A stretch of DNA of 64,000 nt from a virus (taxonomy: Duplodnaviria > Caudoviricetes). This document shows positions 57,413 to 64,000 of this stretch, piece by piece (position 1 is the stretch's first letter; each line of letters opens with the position of its first letter). Location of the stretch: IMG/VR virus record IMGVR_UViG_3300031992_000040, positions 1 through 64,000 of that record; one strand, given 5' to 3'. The notes under the pieces were generated by a model. The model was not told where the DNA came from. It ran no database searches and saw nothing but the letters and a program-made list of their open reading frames with translations. A program made the translations under genes and the position numbers.

Positions 57413-57973
57413 ATGAATATTGAAGAATTAAGTGGATATGGCATTTCTAAAGAAATTGCTAAAATCATAGAAGAAGGATTTTCATATGATGAAGAAACAG
57501 GAGAAGTATTTTTTACTACTGATGATTTAGAAGCGCTTCAGATGGCTCTTGATGATAAACTTGCACAATTAGACGGTGTTTATTTATGTCATTTAGCAAA
57601 AATAGATGCTATGAAAAATAGAAAAAAAGAAGTTGAAAAATCAATTAAACAACTTGAGAACAAAGCTGAAAATTTAAAGAAATATATTGATTTCTTAATG
57701 AAAACTAATGGAAAAACCAGCTTTGAAAAAGACGATAAGAAAATATCATATAGAAAGAGTGTTTCTTCCAATATTTATGATGAAAAGGCTTTAAGAGAAT
57801 ATATAAAATCCAAAGATGAATATGAAGAAAAATACTTTAAAATTTCAGACCCAGAGATTAACAAAAAAGCTCTGTCAGACGATGTTAAAGCTACAAAACA
57901 AGAGGATGGGTCATATGCTCTTAATATACCTGGTTTCGAGCTTATAACAAACGAAAACATACAAATAAAGTAG
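57413..57973 (+). CDS. Siphovirus Gp157-family protein
   Basis: DEETGE, coiled coil, ISYRKS, INKKAL, ENIQIK. Confidence 0.8.
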   Translation: MNIEELSGYGISKEIAKIIEEGFSYDEETGEVFFTTDDLEALQMALDDKLAQLDGVYLCHLAKIDAMKNRKKEVEKSIKQLENKAENLKKYIDFLMKTNGKTSFEKDDKKISYRKSVSSNIYDEKALREYIKSKDEYEEKYFKISDPEINKKALSDDVKATKQEDGSYALNIPGFELITNENIQIK

Positions 57974-57980
57974 GTATAAT

Positions 57981-58193
57981 ATGCAAAATAAAATGGTTAC
58001 GCTACAATTATCTTTGGAAGATGTAGATACAATATTAAATGCTTTAGATTTAAAAGCAAAATCAATAACTGCTTTTAAAGATTATATTTATGATGATGTG
58101 ATGTCACAAATTAAAGATATTTCTGAAGAAGAAGAAAATGTCTTTATTGATAATGATAAAAAAAAGAAGAAGAAGGGAAAAGAAAAAAAATAA
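57981..58193 (+). CDS. Hypothetical protein with poly-Lys tail
   Basis: AGGT RBS; TAATG coupling to the next gene. Confidence 0.6.
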   Translation: MQNKMVTLQLSLEDVDTILNALDLKAKSITAFKDYIYDDVMSQIKDISEEEENVFIDNDKKKKKKGKEKK

Positions 58194-58408
58194 TGGAAGA
58201 TATAAAATTAATTTGTAAAGATTGTAAAAAAGAATTTGTATTTACTGTTGGGGAACAGAAATTTTATGAAGAAAAGGGCTTTGGTGCGCCAATAAGATGT
58301 AAAGAATGTAGAGACGCTAAAAAAGCAAGAAACGAAGCGAAAGAAACACCTAAAACAGACTTGGAGGATATGCTTAAAAAGTTTAGAGAAAACACTATTA
58401 AATTTTAA
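58193..58408 (+). CDS. Zinc-ribbon domain protein (zf-trcl type)
   Basis: CKDCKKEFVFTVGEQKFYEEKGF..PIRCKECR. Confidence 0.85.
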   Translation: MEDIKLICKDCKKEFVFTVGEQKFYEEKGFGAPIRCKECRDAKKARNEAKETPKTDLEDMLKKFRENTIKF

Positions 58409-58430
58409 AATGTAAAAAGGGAGAAAGAAA

Positions 58431-61400
58431 ATGAAGTATTATAACTATCATAAGCACGACCATAAAGGAAACCCGGTTTCTTTAGATGTTGTAGTTAAAA
58501 TGGAAGATTATTGTAAAAGAGCTATTGAATTAGGGCACGATGCTGTATTTACGACTTGTCACGGACTTCAAGGAGATATATTTGAAGCAACAACATTGGT
58601 TCATCAATATAATTTAAAATTAATTGTTGGAGCCGAACTTTATTATGTTCCAGACCGAAAAGAAAAAGATAGGACAAATAGGCATATTATTTTAATAGCA
58701 TTAAATCACGATGGAATAAGAGAACTAAATTCTATCATATCAGAATCTTTTATTACAGGGTTCTATTATAAACCAAGAATAGACCACGAACTTTTATTTT
58801 CTTTAAATCCAAAAAACTTTGTAATAACTACTGCTTGTATAGCGGGATTGTGGGAAGATGAACCTTTAATTAAGGAATTGAAAGAACATTTTGGTTTTAA
58901 TTTCTTTTTAGAGGTTCAAGACCATAATTCTGAAAAACAAAAAGAGGTTAATCGAACAGTTTTAAAATTTAGTCAAAAATATGATATAAAAATAATACAC
59001 GCAAATGATAGTCATTATATTTATCCAGAAGATGCGGCTTATAGAAATTTATTTTTGAGAGCCAAAGAAATATTTTATCCTGAAGAAGATGATTTTATAT
59101 TGGATTATCCAGATTCAGATGAAATATTAAAAAGATATGAAATACAGGGCATATTAAATAAAAACAAGGCTATGGAGGCGCTTGAAAATACATTAATATT
59201 TGAAGGTATAGATTGTAGTGATTATATAAATGATGACATTAAATTACCATCTGTATCAGAAAACCCAAATGAAGATTTAAAACAAATTATTAATGAAGCC
59301 TGGAAAAGAGAAAAAGATAAAATTCCAAAAGAAAGAATCAAAGAATATTTAGAAGCAATAAGATATGAATTTGACATTATTGAAAAAACTAATATGGCAA
59401 ACTATTTCTTAATTGATTATAACATTGCAAAAATTGCAAAAGAAAAATATGGAGGAGTTTTAACTAATACGGGAAGAGGTTCTGCTCCATCGTTTTATAT
59501 AATTAATTTGTTAAGATTGACAAACATTGATAGATTGCAATCACCAATAACATTATTCCCAACAAGATTTATGTCTGTGGAAAGAATATTGGGGGCTCGC
59601 AGCCTTCCTGATATAGATTTAAATACTGCGGATGCTGAACCATTTATTAAAGCTAGTAAAGATTTGTTGGGAGAGAATAATTGCGGTTGGATGCTTTCTT
59701 GGAAACCACTACAAGAATCTTCTGGATTCAGATTATATTGTAAAGCAATAGGTTTAGACATTTCTGAATATAATGAAATAGCCAAAAATCTTGATAAATA
59801 TAAAGACGACCCAGAATGGGCACCAAGAATAAAAGATAGTTCGGTATTTATTGGAGTAGTTGAAGGAATATCTGAATCTCCTTGTAGTATGCTTTTACAT
59901 TCAAAAGATGTTAGAGAAGAAATAGGAATGATAAAAACTCCTAATGGCAAAATTTGCTGTATGCTAGATGGTTATAATTGCGATAAATATAAATATTTAA
60001 AAAACGATTATTTAACCGTTACTGTTTGGGCTATTATTAGAGATGTTTGTAAATTGGCAAATATTGATATTCCATCAATAGAAGAATTAAATAAGCTTTT
60101 GGATGAAAAAACTTTTGATATTTATAAGGAAGGGTTGACTTGTTCAATAAATCAAGCGGATTCCGATTATGCAACTAATTTGGTTATGAGATATAAACCT
60201 CAATCCGTAGCAGAAATGTCTTCTTTTGTTGCAATAATCAGACCGGGCTGTGCGTCTCTACTTGAAGATTTTATAGATAGAAAACCATATACTACTGGCG
60301 TTAAAGCACTTGATGATATTTTGGAGGACAGTGAACATCGACTTATTTATCAGGAATCCATAATGAAATATTTAATATGGTTAGGTGTTTCTGAATCTCA
60401 ATCTTATGACATTATCAAAAAGATAGCGAAGAAAAAGTTTAAAGAGCCAGAATTAAAAGAACTAAAGGAACAACTTTTAGATGGTTGGAAAAAACAGGTT
60501 GGAGAAGAAAATGGCTTTGAGGAAACTTGGCAAGTAGTAGAAGATGCTGCAAAGTATTCTTTTAATGCGAGCCATTCACTATCTTATGCTTATGATAGTT
60601 TATATGGGGCATATTTAAAATCACATTATCCATTAGAATATTATACTGTGGCGTTAAATTATTATAATGGTGACACTGATAGAACTGCAAAATTAACAAA
60701 AGAACTTTCATATTTTGGAATATCTGTTGAAAAACCTCAATTCAGATATTCTATTGATGAATATTTTATGAATAAAGAAACAAACAAAATATACAAAGGA
60801 ACTCAGGCCGTTAAGTTTATTAATAGTCAATGTTCATTATATTTATATAGTTTAAAAGATAATAAATATGATTATTTTGTTGATTTATTGCGAGAAATAT
60901 CAGAGGCAAAAACAGAAGATAATAAAGCATATATAAATTCAAGACAAATGGAAATATTAATAAAATTACAATATTTTGAAGAATTTGGAAAAAATTTAAA
61001 GCTTTATAATATTTATCAAAAATTCTTAAAATTATATGGTAGAAAAACCATACCAAAAGATACTATTGAAGAGTATAGTATTCCAGAAGATGTTCTTCAA
61101 AGTGAACTCTTTACTCAAACAGAAAAGCAATATAAACTTTCTGATTCTATGGCCGTTCTTAGAATAATAGAAGAAAGAGAAGAAGATAAAAACTTTGATA
61201 TAAAAGACCAAATAGATTTTGAAAGTGAAGTTTTAGGCTATATAGGCATGACTTATGATGTAGATAAAAGAATTTGTTATGTTTTAAATGTAGAAACTAA
61301 ATTTTCACCAAAAATAACTTTATATTGCTTACAAAATGGGAAAAATGTTATTTGTAAAATAAACAAATCAATGTATTCAGCTAACCCTGTAAAAAAAGGA

Positions 61401-61526
61401 GAAATAATTCAAGCCATCAATTTTGAACAAAGATTTAAACAGATAAAAACAGAGACTGGATGGCAAAAAACGGATGAGAAGGAATGGTGGCTATCTCAAT
61501 ACAAGATACTAACTGAATTTAAGTAA
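58431..61526 (+). CDS. dnaE: DNA polymerase III alpha subunit (DnaE type)
   Basis: PHP HKHD..NDSHY, GRGSA, PDIDL, KNDYL, IRPG, IYQE, YSFNASHS. Confidence 0.93.
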   Translation: MKYYNYHKHDHKGNPVSLDVVVKMEDYCKRAIELGHDAVFTTCHGLQGDIFEATTLVHQYNLKLIVGAELYYVPDRKEKDRTNRHIILIALNHDGIRELNSIISESFITGFYYKPRIDHELLFSLNPKNFVITTACIAGLWEDEPLIKELKEHFGFNFFLEVQDHNSEKQKEVNRTVLKFSQKYDIKIIHANDSHYIYPEDAAYRNLFLRAKEIFYPEEDDFILDYPDSDEILKRYEIQGILNKNKAMEALENTLIFEGIDCSDYINDDIKLPSVSENPNEDLKQIINEAWKREKDKIPKERIKEYLEAIRYEFDIIEKTNMANYFLIDYNIAKIAKEKYGGVLTNTGRGSAPSFYIINLLRLTNIDRLQSPITLFPTRFMSVERILGARSLPDIDLNTADAEPFIKASKDLLGENNCGWMLSWKPLQESSGFRLYCKAIGLDISEYNEIAKNLDKYKDDPEWAPRIKDSSVFIGVVEGISESPCSMLLHSKDVREEIGMIKTPNGKICCMLDGYNCDKYKYLKNDYLTVTVWAIIRDVCKLANIDIPSIEELNKLLDEKTFDIYKEGLTCSINQADSDYATNLVMRYKPQSVAEMSSFVAIIRPGCASLLEDFIDRKPYTTGVKALDDILEDSEHRLIYQESIMKYLIWLGVSESQSYDIIKKIAKKKFKEPELKELKEQLLDGWKKQVGEENGFEETWQVVEDAAKYSFNASHSLSYAYDSLYGAYLKSHYPLEYYTVALNYYNGDTDRTAKLTKELSYFGISVEKPQFRYSIDEYFMNKETNKIYKGTQAVKFINSQCSLYLYSLKDNKYDYFVDLLREISEAKTEDNKAYINSRQMEILIKLQYFEEFGKNLKLYNIYQKFLKLYGRKTIPKDTIEEYSIPEDVLQSELFTQTEKQYKLSDSMAVLRIIEEREEDKNFDIKDQIDFESEVLGYIGMTYDVDKRICYVLNVETKFSPKITLYCLQNGKNVICKINKSMYSANPVKKGEIIQAINFEQRFKQIKTETGWQKTDEKEWWLSQYKILTEFK

Positions 61527-61541
61527 GAAAGGAAAAATAAG

Positions 61542-62126
61542 ATGTTTGAAAAATATAAAAGAGTATTCATATTTGATACTGAAACAAGTGGATTAAGTCC
61601 TCAATATGATGAAATTATAGAACTTGGCGGATTGTTGTTAACAAAACCAGAGGGGAGTAATAAATTTACTGATAAAAAAGAAGTTTCAGTATTAATAAAG
61701 AATAAAAATCCAATAACAAATAGCCACATACATCATATTACAGAACAAATGTGTCAGAAAGACGGCATTGAAAAGGCTGAATTATTTGAAATATTGAAAG
61801 ATATTTTTGGAGAAAATAAAGATGACACATTAATTGTGGCTTATAATGCCCCATTTGATATTAGGTTCGTAAATTATTTTTTAAAAAGTTTTGATAAAAA
61901 CTACAAAATAAAAAATCCAATCTTAGATTTATTAATAGTTGCAAAAAATAGAACACATAGAATAAGGGGCAATAAACTTTGTAATATGATTGAATATTAT
62001 GATGTTAAAAATGTTCAAAATTCCCATAGAGCCATAGACGATGTTTATGCTACTTTTGAAGTTATGAAGGCTATGATATTGGAAAAGCCAGATTTAGAAA
62101 AATATATTTATTATGAAAGGGAATAG
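61542..62126 (+). CDS. DEDDh 3'-5' exonuclease (epsilon-like)
   Basis: FDTETSG, AYNAPFD, HRAIDD. Confidence 0.9.
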   Translation: MFEKYKRVFIFDTETSGLSPQYDEIIELGGLLLTKPEGSNKFTDKKEVSVLIKNKNPITNSHIHHITEQMCQKDGIEKAELFEILKDIFGENKDDTLIVAYNAPFDIRFVNYFLKSFDKNYKIKNPILDLLIVAKNRTHRIRGNKLCNMIEYYDVKNVQNSHRAIDDVYATFEVMKAMILEKPDLEKYIYYERE

Positions 62127-62127
62127 T

Positions 62128-62742
62128 ATGGAAGTAAAAACAAAAATAGTAAATTTTGATGTAAATTGGCAATTTATAAAAGAAGGTTGTATGGCAACAA
62201 TAGGCAAACAAGCAGGTAAAGAGCCTGGAAAAGAATGGAAAAGAAAGCTCTTAATTTGCCAACATTCGCCTCTTAGAAGAGGAGTTATAAGTTGGAAATG
62301 GGAAGAAATACCATTTTATTCTATGGGGCATTTTGTTCGCCATCACGTTGGATGCACACCGTTTGTGTCGACAAGCAGAGAGGACAGAACAAATGTTCCA
62401 AGAAGCGAAAGGAAACAAACAGACCTTGTTTCTATGGAAATGGATGCGAACATCCAATCTTTAATAGATATGGCCGCAAGAAGACTTTGTTACTGTTCTG
62501 ATGCAACAACTATAAAGTATATGGAAAGTTTAGTTGAAGCAATAAGAGAAAAAGACGAAGATATTGCTTGGAGACTTGTCCCTCAATGTATAAATTATGG
62601 TTCTTGTATTGAGAAATTTGGTGGTTGTAAATTTTATGAAAACTTTTCGAAGAATTTAACCCCAGAAGAACAAACAGATATAGAAAAAAGAATAGATAAA
62701 TATAATGAATATAGAGCAAAAAGATTAAAAAAGGAGTTATAA
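62128..62742 (+). CDS. thyX: ThyX-like flavin-dependent thymidylate synthase (divergent)
   Basis: QHSPL, FVRHH...STSR, N..SL...RRLC, VPQC; start at ATG 62128 (GAAAGGGA RBS). Confidence 0.65.
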   Translation: MEVKTKIVNFDVNWQFIKEGCMATIGKQAGKEPGKEWKRKLLICQHSPLRRGVISWKWEEIPFYSMGHFVRHHVGCTPFVSTSREDRTNVPRSERKQTDLVSMEMDANIQSLIDMAARRLCYCSDATTIKYMESLVEAIREKDEDIAWRLVPQCINYGSCIEKFGGCKFYENFSKNLTPEEQTDIEKRIDKYNEYRAKRLKKEL

Positions 62743-63023
62743 TGATAACAATAAATGATAGATATGCCATTGATTTTGATGCCTATAATTTTATTTTAAA
62801 AGAAAAACGTGTTAGAGGTGAAAAATCAAAAGACTCTGGAGGAATTTATTATAAAGATATTGGATTTTATGGAAATTTTGAAGGAGCTATTAAGTGGATT
62901 ATAAATCAAGGCATAAAAGAATCTGGAGCTACAAATTTTGATTCTTTGTTGGAATATTTAGAAAATATGAAAAATGAACTTGTGGCATCAATAGAAAAAT
63001 TAAATACAGATACGAGTTCTTAA
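62742..63023 (+). CDS. Hypothetical protein (DUF5405-like)
   Basis: YAIDFDAYNFIL...IGFYGNFEGA. Confidence 0.55.
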   Translation: MITINDRYAIDFDAYNFILKEKRVRGEKSKDSGGIYYKDIGFYGNFEGAIKWIINQGIKESGATNFDSLLEYLENMKNELVASIEKLNTDTSS

Positions 63024-63083
63024 AGAAAGGAAAACAATTTAAGCTTTTGAAAAGAAGGTGCAGATTTTTTTAGGAGGCTAATT

Positions 63084-63482
63084 GTGAAAGAGATAACAAA
63101 ATTAATGATAAGAGAATTTAAGATTAAACAACTTGGATATGACTTTATGGGATATCGTTTACAAAAAGGCGATATTTATACTGCACACCATTTGATTTTA
63201 CCAGCAAGATTCGGAGGAAAATTAACAAGGGATAATACTGCTATATTATGTGGGCAAACTTCACATCCATATCTTCATTTAGTAGAGTGCAAAGATTATG
63301 ATATGTTTTGTTACATTACTTCAGAAATGATAGATATGAATGTTTTGGGAAGATTAGATGTTAAAAATTTACGAAATATTGATGCAGTATTAACTCAATT
63401 TGAAAAAGAACATTATGACGATAGAGGCAAAAAAGGAAAGAGGCTAATAAAAGAGGAGTATTTAAGAAGACCAAAATATTAG
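63084..63482 (+). CDS. HNH-like endonuclease
   Basis: AHHLI.ARFGG...DNTAILC...HPYLH; AGGAGG RBS. Confidence 0.6.
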   Translation: MKEITKLMIREFKIKQLGYDFMGYRLQKGDIYTAHHLILPARFGGKLTRDNTAILCGQTSHPYLHLVECKDYDMFCYITSEMIDMNVLGRLDVKNLRNIDAVLTQFEKEHYDDRGKKGKRLIKEEYLRRPKY

Positions 63483-63490
63483 GAGGAAAT

Positions 63491-64000
63491 ATGAAAAAAA
63501 GAATTTTCTTTTGTAGCGACATACACGGCAATTTCGATGCCCTGATTGAAGGGCTCGAAAAAGCCGGATATAAAGAAGATGACAAAAATAATTTACTTGT
63601 TGTTTTGGGAGACCTTTTTGATAGAGGAACAGATTCCTTGAGAGTTTATCAATATTTAAAAAGGTTATCAGATGAAAATAAAGCCATTATTACTATGGGA
63701 AATCATGAGGGATTTTTAATAAGATATTTAGATGGAACATCAATTTCTCCATTTAATTATTTAAGAAATGGAACAGATGAAACATTGGCTGATTTTTTGG
63801 GAAGAACAAAACCTTTTGAAAGTTGGTGTTTTATCGATAAAGAATTAGAATATCCTACAGACGAAAGTTTTGCTGAATGGATTTCTATTGCCAAAGATGA
63901 TATAAACAAAGAATATCCAGAATTATTATCTTGGTTAAAATCATTACCTAGATATTTTGAAAGTAAAAACTATATTGGTGTTCACGGAGCAATAGACACA
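63491..64000 (+). CDS. Ser/Thr phosphatase-type metallophosphoesterase (lambda NinI-like), truncated by window edge
   Basis: SDIHG, LGDLFDRG, MGNHE, VHG; AGGAGG RBS. Confidence 0.88.
   Translation, partial: MKKRIFFCSDIHGNFDALIEGLEKAGYKEDDKNNLLVVLGDLFDRGTDSLRVYQYLKRLSDENKAIITMGNHEGFLIRYLDGTSISPFNYLRNGTDETLADFLGRTKPFESWCFIDKELEYPTDESFAEWISIAKDDINKEYPELLSWLKSLPRYFESKNYIGVHGAIDT

Larger units (their letters stand above)
1..64000. mobile_element. Part of a large SPbeta-like siphovirus genome encoding a YonO-type RNA polymerase
   Basis: Continuous phage gene content. The order RNAP, phosphoesterase, terminases, portal, protease/scaffold, decoration, MCP, neck, tail tube, tape measure mirrors SPbeta yonO-yomI as recalled. 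No host housekeeping context. Confidence 0.93.

Noticed and set aside
58431-61526. Intein or intron in DnaE, TerL or helicase
   Set aside because: Lengths are compact, with no intein termini or LAGLIDADG motifs.
9162-63585. Numerous short antisense or alternate-frame ORFs in the track
   Set aside because: Shadow ORFs of well-supported genes, lacking RBS or motifs.
1-64000. Stop-codon recoding (code 15 or 4)
   Set aside because: Long genes are intact under code 11. TAG and TGA end genes whose downstream neighbours have their own RBS, including the in-frame TAG..TAG before 50668.

Overview
A 64-kb, AT-rich slice of a large tailed (siphovirus-type) dsDNA phage genome whose gene order resembles Bacillus phage SPbeta. 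The host is probably a walled, low-GC Firmicute: there are sigma-A promoters, GGAGG RBSs, a Gram-positive LexA box and an NlpC/P60-SH3-LysM endolysin. Order: (1) a ~1.6-kb non-coding region with repeats, a perfect SOS box, a probable origin and a promoter/terminator-bounded ~180-nt structured RNA; (2) small early genes including an RLIG1/C12orf29 (DUF5565)-like RNA ligase; (3) a minus-strand Bro-like regulator and SF2-like helicase; (4) a HAD nucleotidase, dNMP kinase and YonO-type single-subunit RNA polymerase with a Zn-ribbon partner; (5) a head/neck/tail module with an inserted ferritin-like gene, an arm-less tRNA-like element, a GAF-type holin-like gene, a phosphoesterase and RuvC; (6) the tape measure, then an adhesin + two LRR proteins + GT2 glycosyltransferase cassette, baseplate and fibres; (7) lysis genes with an unannotated acidic peptide; (8) a stand-alone IscS; (9) a replication module (Sak4, SSB, primase-helicase, exonuclease, Gp157, DnaE, DEDDh exonuclease, ThyX-like, HNH-like, phosphatase). 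No integrase, CRISPR array, reverse transcriptase, intein or complete tRNA was seen. All family calls come from motif reading by eye, not from database searches.
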